A stretch of 64,000 nucleotides of DNA, taken from contig OW818691.1 of the NCBI GenBank assembly GCA_942493285.1, forward strand, positions 8,030,532-8,094,531, read 5' to 3'. The notes beneath the pieces were generated by a model, which was not told the DNA's origin, ran no database searches, and was given only the letters and a program-made list of their open reading frames with translations. A program made the position numbers and the translations under genes. Of the stretch, positions 1 through 8,891 are shown piece by piece. How positions within the stretch are numbered: the first letter of the stretch is position 1; every line of letters starts with the position of its first letter. This DNA is from an uncultured Myxococcia bacterium. Its GTDB lineage: Bacteria > Myxococcota_A > UBA9042 > PHBI01.

Positions 1-2486
1 GGGCGCAGATCGATCGTATCGGCGACGTGTCGGGTGAGGTCACCGTCGACCGCAACAGCGGGGCCATCAGCTTCACCGCCGCGGTCGGCGACTTCAACAT
101 GCCAACCGTCGCCTACAACGGCGGCGGGATGTCGCTCGCCGTGAACAACGGCGTGCGTATGACAGGCGCGTCGATCACCGGCACGGCCGAGGTCGACCCG
201 GCGCTCTTGACCGGTGGCCGCCCCGAGAACCCGATGCGCTCGCTGCGGATCTCCGAGCTTCGTGTGGCACGTGTCGCGGGCTCCGGGATCCGCTTCAGCA
301 ACCCGTCGGCCGGCCAACGTGTGGACCTTCAGCGCGGCTACCTCGAAGACATTCGTGTCCGTAATCTCGATGCGATGACCGGCGCTGGCGACTTCCATCT
401 CGGGGCCGCCGGGGTCGAAAATCTCAACCTCGCCGTGACCCAGGGATTGACCGGGTCGGGTGGCCAGCGGGTCATTCGCGCCAACGCTTCGGCGCGGATC
501 TCGGGCGTCGACGTGAGCCGCGCCAACAACGGCCGCATGACGTTTGCAGTGGCGAACGCGAGCATGTCCGGCACCGGCGGGATGAGCGAGACGAATGCCG
601 CCGGCACCACCACGACCGACGTCAGCGGGCGCGCCAACGCGCAGGTCGGCGGCATCCGTGGGACCGTCGGCGCAGACGGTTCGGCGTCCGCCAGCGCGTC
701 GAGTGCCAGCCTCGATGCACACGTCGAAGGTTCGTCGGGCGGCAACCGTGTGTCGGTCGACGCCACCGCACAGGTCACGGGCATGTCGGGGAGCCGCGCG
801 GCCAACGGCAACGTGTCGGCCAATCTCGGCTCGGGCAACGCGCGGGTCTCCGGCAGCGTCGGCACGGCGGCCGGCAACGCGGCTTTCAACCTCGACCTGT
901 CGAACCTCGGCGCGGGTGTCGAGGTCACGAGCACCGGCTTCTCGGCCAACGTCTCCATCGGCTCGGTCGGGTTGTCGAACACGTCGTTTTCGGGCAGCGG
1001 CCTAGAGGTCGCATTGGGGCGCGGCGGTCGGCTCAACGGGCTACGTGTGCGGGTCAGCGCCATCACCGACCAGCGTGGCGTGCGCCGCCTCACCATCCAG
1101 GAGCTCGTCGCGACCCGCATGCAGGTCCAGGACGCGCGGGTGCGCTGGGGCGACTACGAGCTGCACCTGCCAAGCGGCCACATCGACGGCATCAACGTCT
1201 CGGGGCTCACCCTCGAGGCGGGCGCCAACGGGCTCGTGCCGACGGGCGGCAGTGTCGGTGTCCAACAGATCGCCATCGACCGGCTGCAGGCCAACGTCGG
1301 TCGCGACCTGCAAGCACATGCCGGGCGCTTCGCTGCAACCGGGTTCTCGCTCGACCTGCTCGGCAACGAACGGGTCTCGTTCCGGCTCGCCGAAATCGAC
1401 GCCCGAGCGGTCGGTGCGCGCGGGCCGAACGGGCAAGCCGAGCTCGCATGGCTCAACGCACGCGGCATCAGCATGGATGGCGCGGGAGGCAGCGGCGACG
1501 TGCGGGTGGGCTCGGCGACGTTCGGGTTGAACGCGTCGGGCCAGGCCAATAGCGGGACGATTCCCGGGGCGGCCGCGACCACGGCGACCGGTGTGCGCAA
1601 ACGCTGGGAGCTGCCGTTCCTCGATCGGCTCACGGGTGAGGTCGGGCTCTCCATTCCGTTGGCGGGCGACAATGTCGCAGGTGCCCTGGTGGTGCAGAAC
1701 GGGCGCGCGCGGCTCGGCCCGACCATCAACTCGATCCACCTGCCCCACGAACAGTATTGGGGATGGGCCCCGCCCTGGCTCGTGCGCCGCATGATCGTCG
1801 AGACCGCCGGCTACATCGTCGACGCCTTCAATCCGGAGTTCGCGCGCCTGCGTCCACGCGTCGAAGCGTGGCTCGCCAGCGACGGCTCGGCAACGGCGGC
1901 CCGGCCGTCGATCGACATCAATGCGCAGGCCATGTCGTCCCAGCTCGTATCGAGCATGGGGCGGTGGTCGGCCGCCATCGACGTCGCCTCGCCGACGGGG
2001 GCAGGCGTCCTGCGCACGGCTCAGGATGCGGTCGCGACGTGGCTCACCGAGCACGACCCGCTCAACCTCTACGAGTCGGACGAGGCGGCGCGGGCGTCGG
2101 CCCAGTCGATGCGCGAGCAACAAGCGGCGCGTCGTTCGCAGCAGCTCGTCGATTGGATCCGCGGAGTCGGCCTGAACATCGGGCTCACCGGTGACGGGCC
2201 GCTGCACGGCTATCAGCAGCCGCCGTCGGCCGCCGAGACGCGCTGGCTCACGTCCAATGCGAGTGCGCGGGTGTCGGCTCAAGGCACGCTCGCGCGCCAG
2301 ATCAACCTCGGGCTCATGACGACGCTGGCAGGCCTCCAGGTCGACATGGGTCAGATGCAGATGACGGCCGAGCGGGCGACGCTGGATGCGACCGCGGGCG
2401 CCGGCATGGCGAGCTCGGGGACGGCGCGGGGCGAGGCTGGGATGACCGGCTCGGCCTCTGGGATCTCGTTGCGCGTGCGCCGCTGA
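1..2486 (+). CDS. Large Gly/Ser/Ala/Asn-rich hypothetical protein, 5'-partial (reading frame open to window start; first in-frame GTG at 27). Possibly an extracytoplasmic beta-rich or AsmA/TamB-like fragment.
   Basis: 819-codon ORF with strong GC3 bias and no stop upstream in frame to position 3. Low-complexity G/S/A/N/T-rich translation; no catalytic motif recognised. Confidence 0.55.
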   Translation, partial: AQIDRIGDVSGEVTVDRNSGAISFTAAVGDFNMPTVAYNGGGMSLAVNNGVRMTGASITGTAEVDPALLTGGRPENPMRSLRISELRVARVAGSGIRFSNPSAGQRVDLQRGYLEDIRVRNLDAMTGAGDFHLGAAGVENLNLAVTQGLTGSGGQRVIRANASARISGVDVSRANNGRMTFAVANASMSGTGGMSETNAAGTTTTDVSGRANAQVGGIRGTVGADGSASASASSASLDAHVEGSSGGNRVSVDATAQVTGMSGSRAANGNVSANLGSGNARVSGSVGTAAGNAAFNLDLSNLGAGVEVTSTGFSANVSIGSVGLSNTSFSGSGLEVALGRGGRLNGLRVRVSAITDQRGVRRLTIQELVATRMQVQDARVRWGDYELHLPSGHIDGINVSGLTLEAGANGLVPTGGSVGVQQIAIDRLQANVGRDLQAHAGRFAATGFSLDLLGNERVSFRLAEIDARAVGARGPNGQAELAWLNARGISMDGAGGSGDVRVGSATFGLNASGQANSGTIPGAAATTATGVRKRWELPFLDRLTGEVGLSIPLAGDNVAGALVVQNGRARLGPTINSIHLPHEQYWGWAPPWLVRRMIVETAGYIVDAFNPEFARLRPRVEAWLASDGSATAARPSIDINAQAMSSQLVSSMGRWSAAIDVASPTGAGVLRTAQDAVATWLTEHDPLNLYESDEAARASAQSMREQQAARRSQQLVDWIRGVGLNIGLTGDGPLHGYQQPPSAAETRWLTSNASARVSAQGTLARQINLGLMTTLAGLQVDMGQMQMTAERATLDATAGAGMASSGTARGEAGMTGSASGISLRVRR

Positions 2487-2514
2487 CGTCGCAGTCCAAA
2501 GGACCTTCGTCGCG

Positions 2515-3933
2515 TCAACCGCGCAGGCCCGAGGCGGCCTCGGCGACCATCATGTAGCCGATGATCCGCTCGTCGGGCTTGGCCAACGTATGTGCCATCG
2601 CGAGCGTCTCGACGGGGTCCGCCAATGCCATCGAGCGCAGCGTCCGCGCGAGCCAGGGGGCTTCGACTTGGGCCTTCAACGAGCGCTTCGCCTCGGCCGT
2701 GAAGAGCGACGCGTTACGCTCGGGGACACTCAGGCACGACTCGGCGAGCGCCGATGCGACCAGCGCGCGTGCGCCTCCGAGCGGCCACCTCGCGGTCTGC
2801 TCCGAGATGAGTGTCATAGCCGCAGAGCGGTCGGACTGGGGCAGCGCTTCGATTGACGAGGCCGCCTCGAAGACGAGGTGGGTGCGCTCGCTCGGGTCCT
2901 TCAGGAGCTTACGATCACCGACCAGTTGTTCGAATGTCTCGGTCCAACGTGTGAGCCCGAGTCGCGCCGCCCCGAGCAGGACGAGGCGATAGAGTCGCAC
3001 CCGCGCATCGACTTCGAGGGCCGTCGCGAGCGCTTTGTATACACGTTGCGATGCCGCCTGCGCGGCCGTCCGGTCGCCGGTCACGGCCCAAATCCCAAAG
3101 AGCTGCGCGTCCAGCGCGCCCGGCCACAGCGGCTCGTTCCTGACCTCGGGCTCGGTGCTTTTCGCGAGCGTCGCGACGGCGTCGAGGTCGAGCCCTATCG
3201 GCGAAGCGATCGCCAACTCGAACAGCGCGTGCATCCGCAACGCGGGCAGTCGGATCGTCTCCACCACCTCGAGGCACGGCGAGTCGAGGTGCGACTTCAC
3301 GATGGTCACCCGCACCTGGTCGAGCCCGATGTCGCCCTGCGTGTCCGCCGTATCGCGCAGTCGCTCCGGCCCGCTGAGCCCCGGGCCTGCGGCGAGGGCC
3401 GCTGCCGCTTCAGGGTCAACGTCGGCAAAGAGCTCGGTCACAAAGGCGTTTGCCAGAGTCGGCTGCGAAGGCACTCCCCACTGCACGGCCAGCTCGAGCG
3501 CGCGCTGCACCTTCAGGTCCCGCACCCCGATCGTCTTTATTCGGGACGCCGCGTCATCGCCGGCCCAGACCGCGAGCGCCAGCTCCGCCGACCGCAGTGC
3601 AGACGGCTCTGCATTCTCATGAGCCGGCAGACCTCCCAGGTGGCGCTTCACGGCAGCGGACATCCGACCCGAAGGTGCGGCACCCCGCAGCGGACGGCCC
3701 GCGGGTACACGAAGCGCCGATGCCGCATACGCCAGGGCACGTGTGACAGCCGACGTGTCGAGACCCGCCCAGTCGTTTTCGACTTCATCGAGCGCCGCGT
3801 CGCCCAATACACGCAGCCGAGTGCCGAGCTGTCTCAGGCTCATCCGCGAGGCGCGGCCTTCGACCGTGTCTGCCTCGGCCAGCGCCGCGAGTGCCACACC
3901 TGCGATGTTCGTTGCTGGGGTTTCGCCATTCAT
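2515..3933 (-). CDS. Hypothetical protein (472 aa), Ala/Leu-rich, probably alpha-helical repeat
   Basis: Long ORF with high GC3 and convergent arrangement with the upstream gene. No recognisable motif. Confidence 0.5.
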   Translation of the reverse strand: MNGETPATNIAGVALAALAEADTVEGRASRMSLRQLGTRLRVLGDAALDEVENDWAGLDTSAVTRALAYAASALRVPAGRPLRGAAPSGRMSAAVKRHLGGLPAHENAEPSALRSAELALAVWAGDDAASRIKTIGVRDLKVQRALELAVQWGVPSQPTLANAFVTELFADVDPEAAAALAAGPGLSGPERLRDTADTQGDIGLDQVRVTIVKSHLDSPCLEVVETIRLPALRMHALFELAIASPIGLDLDAVATLAKSTEPEVRNEPLWPGALDAQLFGIWAVTGDRTAAQAASQRVYKALATALEVDARVRLYRLVLLGAARLGLTRWTETFEQLVGDRKLLKDPSERTHLVFEAASSIEALPQSDRSAAMTLISEQTARWPLGGARALVASALAESCLSVPERNASLFTAEAKRSLKAQVEAPWLARTLRSMALADPVETLAMAHTLAKPDERIIGYMMVAEAASGLRG

Positions 3934-4019
3934 GGACGCATCCTAACCCAAAGCGCGCGACCTGGCCCCAATCACGTCGCTCGCTTGACCTCGCTGACCA
4001 AACGTCCCACATCAAGACC

Positions 4020-4565
4020 ATGGAATCTCTCGAGCTCACCGTGAACCTCGCGCCTGCACTCGCAACCCCCGGGATGCGGGTCGGCGTGGTCTATCGCCGC
4101 TGGGATGGCGCGCCCATCGAACGCCTCGCGGTCGCCGCCGAGCCAGGCACATCCATGGTCGTGCCCGAGCCGGAGGTCGAGGTCCGCACGGAGCTTCCGG
4201 TCGAGCTCGGCGGGCCCTGGTCTTTCGCGCTGGGCTACCTCGTCGTCATCGACCCGACCCTCTCGGCCGAGCGTGACACGACCGACCCGCTCAAAGCGAT
4301 CCGGTTTGCCGCCCCCGACCGCCGGGTCCTCTGGACGTCGGGCCCGTTCCCGGCAGAGGCCTTTGCGCGTATGGCCTCGGACCCGAGCTTGTCACCGGCC
4401 GAGGTCGCCGCCCTGGCCGACCAGCTCGCCGCGTTTTTGCCCGGCCTCATGCTCGCGCGGACGACGCTCAGGCGCCGTTCACTCGTCGGCTTCGAACGAC
4501 TCGACACGGCCACGCTCGAGCTCGGGCTGGTCGATTCGGGGGCCTGGCCGCCGACCTGGTTCTGA
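4020..4565 (+). CDS. Hypothetical protein (181 aa; start chosen at MESLELTVN)
   Basis: ORF 3891..4565, internal ATG at 4020 chosen to avoid overlap with the convergent upstream gene. GC3-biased. Confidence 0.45.
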   Translation: MESLELTVNLAPALATPGMRVGVVYRRWDGAPIERLAVAAEPGTSMVVPEPEVEVRTELPVELGGPWSFALGYLVVIDPTLSAERDTTDPLKAIRFAAPDRRVLWTSGPFPAEAFARMASDPSLSPAEVAALADQLAAFLPGLMLARTTLRRRSLVGFERLDTATLELGLVDSGAWPPTWF

Positions 4566-4634
4566 AGCCGACGACGGTCCGAGCAGCGGTGCGGCTCGCG
4601 GCAGGCCCGCCCGAGCGATTGCAGAATCGATTGT

Positions 4635-6983
4635 TCAGACGACGATGGTCGGAAGGGTCGGCTCGAGGATGTACCCGCCGTCGCTTCGGATCAGCACGCT
4701 CGCAAGGCCCATCTTCCGAAGGGTCCCAATAGCCGTGTAGACCCGGTCGGCCGCAGCTTCGGTGATGAGCCGCTCGCCGGGCCAGCCAGCCGCCGCGAGG
4801 TCATTCGTCGTCGCCGCGATGCCGGGACGCGCAAGCCGCAGGTCTATCAGATATGAGAGGACACGCCGCAGTGGGGGCCGCGTCTTGAGGTCGACGCGCG
4901 GGCCCCCAGGTGGCTCGAACCAGTAGGCCCCCACGCCCACCTGGAGCGTGCCCTGGGCCGACGTGGACCCGACACCCGGGAGGGCGTCGAGTCGTTCACG
5001 GACCTGGCCCAACGTGCGTTGGCGCCCGGCGTTCATCGCCAGTGCCATGGCCTCTTCGAGCAGGGTTCGCGCCAGACTTGACTGGCCGCGGAGCCGAGCG
5101 ATTTCGGCGCGGACGAGGTGGACCTCGACGGTCGCCTGTTGATCACCGACGAGCCGCGCGAGCCCGTCTGCTTCCATGGCCGAGGCCTCCGCCAAACCCA
5201 TGTCGCCGCACGACACCGCGCAGGTGGCTTCCCGGGTCAGGATCTTGGTTCTCAGGAGGGGATCGCCGATGCGCACTGCCAGGTCTCGAGCTTGCGCAAA
5301 GCGCAAGAGCGCCGTTTCATGGTCGCCGCGCTCGACGGCGGCGAACGCGAGATTGGTGACGGCCAGCGTTTCGATTCGCAGGGCGCCACAGAACCGCGCG
5401 GCACCTAGCGCTTCGAGGTACGAGGTGTGTGCCTCTTCGACCCGGCCCGTCATGAGAGCCGCCGAGCCATAGTGGAGCGCTGCCCAGGCCGCGAGGACTG
5501 CAACGCCCTTCGCCTGTGCGGCGACCTCTCGGCACAGTACCAGCGCGCGCTCCCCGCGGTTGGATTCCCGGTCGATGGCGCTCATGACGAGAGAGGCCTC
5601 GAGTTGGTCGCGCTCACTGCCGAATTTCCTGGCACATTCGATGAGTGCAAGGGTGTCGGCCTCGGCCTCGGCGAGTCGACCCTGCAGGTAACGAAGGCGT
5701 GCCCTCGCGTTCATCAAGCGCACGACGCCGCGCCCGCTCATGTCACTCTCGGCCGGACCCATGGCACGTCCGAGCGCACGGCTCAGGATAGCATCGGCGG
5801 CCTCGCCGTTGCGGCCCGACAAGTGGCAGGCGAGTGCCAGGGCAAGCGGCACGAGGTGTTCGAGGTCACCGCTCGCGAACGCGTCGTCGTGTGCGGCGAA
5901 CAGGTCGTCGGCCAGTCGTTCGAAGGTGGCCCGGGCCCGGCTCGGGTCACCATCGAGCAGGTCGGGCAGGGCGGCCTCACACTCGGCCGCGAGCACTTCG
6001 CGATGCCGTTCGTGGTCGGACTCGTCCTGGAGCGATGCTGCAAAGCAGCGCACGGCGTCGTAGAGGCGAAAACCCTCGGCCACGAGTGACGACGCCACGA
6101 GGCGCTCGAGACCCGCGACGGTGTCCACGAGGGTGCGGCCGGAGAGGCGCGTTGCGAGGTCGAGGTCGAAGCGACCGGCCACGGTCGAGAGGCGCACGAG
6201 CAGGTTGCGGTCGGGCAGGGTGAGGCGGTCGAAGGACCAGGCGACCGTATCTGCAAGGCTGTGGTGGCGAGGCTCGGCGTCGACCGTCTCACGTTTGAGC
6301 GCAAGCAGGGTCGACGGTGCGCTCGTGAGGTGCTCGGCCAGGTCGAGGTGGGCGTGACTCGCGTACAGCTCGATGGCCAGCGGTAGGCCGTCGAGGCGGG
6401 CGACGAAACGTGTGTCCAGGTCGGCCACCAGGTCCGGACGGCGTGCCCCGACACAGCGCTCGAAAAGGGCCTTCGCGTCTTCCACGTTCAGGCCGCCGAG
6501 TGGGATGACCTGCTCCACCGCGAGGTCGAGTGGGCGGCGCGAGGTCGCGAGCCAGACTGCATCGGGACACGCCTCGAGCCAATCGGCGAGCCTGCGTCTG
6601 AGCGCAAAGGCGTCGTCGCGCGCGACATCGAGCCCATCGGCAGCGTCGAGCACGGTCAGGGTCCGTCCACGGGCCGCGAGTCGCTCGGCGAAGGTGTGTC
6701 GGTTGGATGCGCCCAGAGCGATGGCGATGGCGTCCAGCGCCGCGAGCAGGTCTCTACGCGGGCCGAGGTCGACCCAGGCGACCCCACCCGGAAAGCAGTC
6801 GCCCAGGTTCGCCGTGACCGCGCGTGCGAGCGTCGACTTGCCGACCCCACCCGGGCCGACGAGCGTCACGAGTCGCCCCGTTTCCGACAGCACCGCGGCG
6901 CGTGTGCGGTCGAGCTCCTGGCGACGGCCGATGAGCGGAAGGACCATGGTCGACCCTTCGCAGGTCGCCCTCGCCGCGGTCAA
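4635..6983 (-). CDS. STAND-type NTPase (P-loop/NB-ARC-like) with TPR-like helical repeats and a C-terminal OmpR/PhoB-type winged-helix DNA-binding domain; putative transcriptional regulator
   Basis: Walker A GPGGVGKSTLAR near the N-terminus and Walker B-like LTVLDAADG. The long Ala/Leu-rich middle region is TPR-like. The C-terminus LRRVLSYLIDLRLARPG...AAADRVYTAIGTLRKMGL...LIRSDGGYILEP matches the trans_reg_C wing motif (RLRkKl...i.tvrg.GY.l). Confidence 0.7.
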   Translation of the reverse strand: MTAARATCEGSTMVLPLIGRRQELDRTRAAVLSETGRLVTLVGPGGVGKSTLARAVTANLGDCFPGGVAWVDLGPRRDLLAALDAIAIALGASNRHTFAERLAARGRTLTVLDAADGLDVARDDAFALRRRLADWLEACPDAVWLATSRRPLDLAVEQVIPLGGLNVEDAKALFERCVGARRPDLVADLDTRFVARLDGLPLAIELYASHAHLDLAEHLTSAPSTLLALKRETVDAEPRHHSLADTVAWSFDRLTLPDRNLLVRLSTVAGRFDLDLATRLSGRTLVDTVAGLERLVASSLVAEGFRLYDAVRCFAASLQDESDHERHREVLAAECEAALPDLLDGDPSRARATFERLADDLFAAHDDAFASGDLEHLVPLALALACHLSGRNGEAADAILSRALGRAMGPAESDMSGRGVVRLMNARARLRYLQGRLAEAEADTLALIECARKFGSERDQLEASLVMSAIDRESNRGERALVLCREVAAQAKGVAVLAAWAALHYGSAALMTGRVEEAHTSYLEALGAARFCGALRIETLAVTNLAFAAVERGDHETALLRFAQARDLAVRIGDPLLRTKILTREATCAVSCGDMGLAEASAMEADGLARLVGDQQATVEVHLVRAEIARLRGQSSLARTLLEEAMALAMNAGRQRTLGQVRERLDALPGVGSTSAQGTLQVGVGAYWFEPPGGPRVDLKTRPPLRRVLSYLIDLRLARPGIAATTNDLAAAGWPGERLITEAAADRVYTAIGTLRKMGLASVLIRSDGGYILEPTLPTIVV

Positions 6984-7017
6984 TATTCATCCAGGTTCGT
7001 TCCGGCGGCCGGGCCGA

Positions 7018-8853
7018 TCACGGCGCCTCGTCGCCCCACAGGTCGGTGGTGCCAAACCAGTATTGGACCGCCTGCGGCCGCATCGTGAACTTGAGCGGAA
7101 GGCTCCGCTCGATGCAGCTCAAGTCGAGCTCGGCCCTCGGGTCGGCGATGAACTGGACGAAGAGCTCCATGCCACACGAGGTCGTCGGGTCGTCGATGAG
7201 CTGGCCCTGGCCGAGCACGCTGTGGCCATGGCCCGGGAGCTCGAGGTAGTGCTGATGCTCAGCGGTCAGGTGGTCGACGATGCGGCGCGCGTAGGTCGGG
7301 GGTGTGGCCGGGTCATAGTCGGCGTTCATCGCCAGGATAGGCAGGTCGCTCTTGAACCAGCGCCCCGCGAGCGGCTCGGTGTAGCGCGGCCAACCGGCGG
7401 TCTGCCAACGCGCATTGTTCGACACGCCGCGGCACGAACGTGTGCCGGCCCAGCGCTCGGCGAGCTCTTCCGGGCTCGGGTCGGCCGGCTCCCACATCTC
7501 GGAGATCAAGATGTTGATCGCCAGCGGGAACGAGTAGCCAAGCGTCCCGTCGGCCTGGAAGGGCGGGCCTGGCGTGGGCACGGATCCCGACATCGCACCC
7601 GGGTCGAAGCCGAAGTTGCGCTCATAGATTTTGCGCACGAAGGTCACATCGTCCGGGTCGCAGCGCAGGTAGCGTCGCACCAGGGCGGGGACGCCGCGGC
7701 GGGCACCGTAGTGGAACATCATGATGCCGAGGTTGGTGCGCAACAGGAGCACGTCGGTCTCGGGGTCGGGGGTGATGGGGCAGTGGCCGGCGGCGACCTG
7801 GACGAACAGCTTGCCGAGGGCTTCCCACGGGCCGAGCTCGGGGCTGAACCGGGTGCTGCAGTCGGGGTCGGTCTCGCAGTTGGCGAGTATTCGTTCGGCC
7901 TCGGCATTCTCCCAGAGGTCTTGCTCCGACAGGAAGCAGTCGTCCGCGCTGCAGATCGAGTCGAAGACGACCGCGTCGACGAGCCCGCTCGGGTCGCCCG
8001 CATCGTCGAGGGCGTGGGCCAGCAGGAGGTAGCGGTTGGCGAGATAGGTGCCGTACGAGACGCCCAGGAACACGACTTCGTCGGTGGCCGGATGGACTGC
8101 CTGAACGAGGCCGACGAGGTCGCGGGCGGCCTGGGTGGTCGAGAAGTGGGCGAGCTTGTCGGCGCCCCAGGTCTGCACCACCGAGTCGCGGCAATAGGGC
8201 CATTCGCCTTCGGTGACCTGGACGCCACCTTGTGAGAACGGGGCTTCCTGGGTGGGGCAGCCGAGCCGGGTCGAGCGTCCTGTCCCGCGGTGGTCTGGCA
8301 TATAGATGTCGAGGCCCGGGTCGCGGCGCGCCAAGACGAGGGCGGTGGCCTCTGCGTCTGAGCCCGCTTGTCCGGGGCCTCCCATGAGGAACCACATCGC
8401 GCGGCGCGGGGCGTCCGGTTCGCCCGGTGCGACCGGTGCGACCTGATTCTGGCCTCGCAGGCGCTTCACGAACAGCGAGATGGACTCGCCGTCGGGGGCC
8501 TTCCAATCGAGCGGGACCTGGACCTCGGCGCACTCGACACGCGGGTCGTTTGCCCCGACGATGGTGTTGCATGGCGTCCATGTGACGGTCGGTGCGGGCG
8601 CTACCATCGGGTCGACCGGGAGCGCGACCTCGACGTCACCATCGGCAGTCGTATCCGAGGCCTCGAGCCCGTCGTCATCGGGCGTGGCGTTCGTTTCGGG
8701 CGTGTCGCCCATTTCCAGCGTGTCGCCCGTCTCTAACGCGTCGTTCGAATCGGGCGTGTCCGAGCTTCGTTCGGCATCGGCGCAACCGCCAAAGAGGACC
8801 AGGGCAATGAGGAGTCTTCGCATGCCCCGAGCATCGTTGCCGGCTCGGCCCAA
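7018..8853 (-). CDS. Secreted alpha/beta-hydrolase lipoprotein, peptidase S33 (prolyl/tripeptidyl aminopeptidase)-like
   Basis: Signal peptide with lipobox (MRRLLIALVLFGGC). Asp/Glu/Thr-rich linker. GxSxG nucleophile elbow GVSYGTY and an overall alpha/beta-hydrolase pattern with C-terminal His. Confidence 0.7.
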   Translation of the reverse strand: MGRAGNDARGMRRLLIALVLFGGCADAERSSDTPDSNDALETGDTLEMGDTPETNATPDDDGLEASDTTADGDVEVALPVDPMVAPAPTVTWTPCNTIVGANDPRVECAEVQVPLDWKAPDGESISLFVKRLRGQNQVAPVAPGEPDAPRRAMWFLMGGPGQAGSDAEATALVLARRDPGLDIYMPDHRGTGRSTRLGCPTQEAPFSQGGVQVTEGEWPYCRDSVVQTWGADKLAHFSTTQAARDLVGLVQAVHPATDEVVFLGVSYGTYLANRYLLLAHALDDAGDPSGLVDAVVFDSICSADDCFLSEQDLWENAEAERILANCETDPDCSTRFSPELGPWEALGKLFVQVAAGHCPITPDPETDVLLLRTNLGIMMFHYGARRGVPALVRRYLRCDPDDVTFVRKIYERNFGFDPGAMSGSVPTPGPPFQADGTLGYSFPLAINILISEMWEPADPSPEELAERWAGTRSCRGVSNNARWQTAGWPRYTEPLAGRWFKSDLPILAMNADYDPATPPTYARRIVDHLTAEHQHYLELPGHGHSVLGQGQLIDDPTTSCGMELFVQFIADPRAELDLSCIERSLPLKFTMRPQAVQYWFGTTDLWGDEAP

Positions 8854-8891
8854 CGCATCCGAAACTTCCCAAAATCACCGGTCGCACCCGT

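Noticed and set aside
1041-2282. Long antisense ORFs (413 aa and 212 aa) opposite the first gene
   Set aside because: Typical high-GC antisense artefacts. They have Arg/Pro/Gly-rich low-complexity translations and weak GC3 periodicity compared with the plus-strand frame.
6373-8235. 620-aa plus-strand ORF spanning the STAND regulator and hydrolase genes
   Set aside because: It overlaps two well-supported minus-strand genes. The translation is Arg/Ala/Ser-rich with no motif, so it is treated as a spurious open frame.
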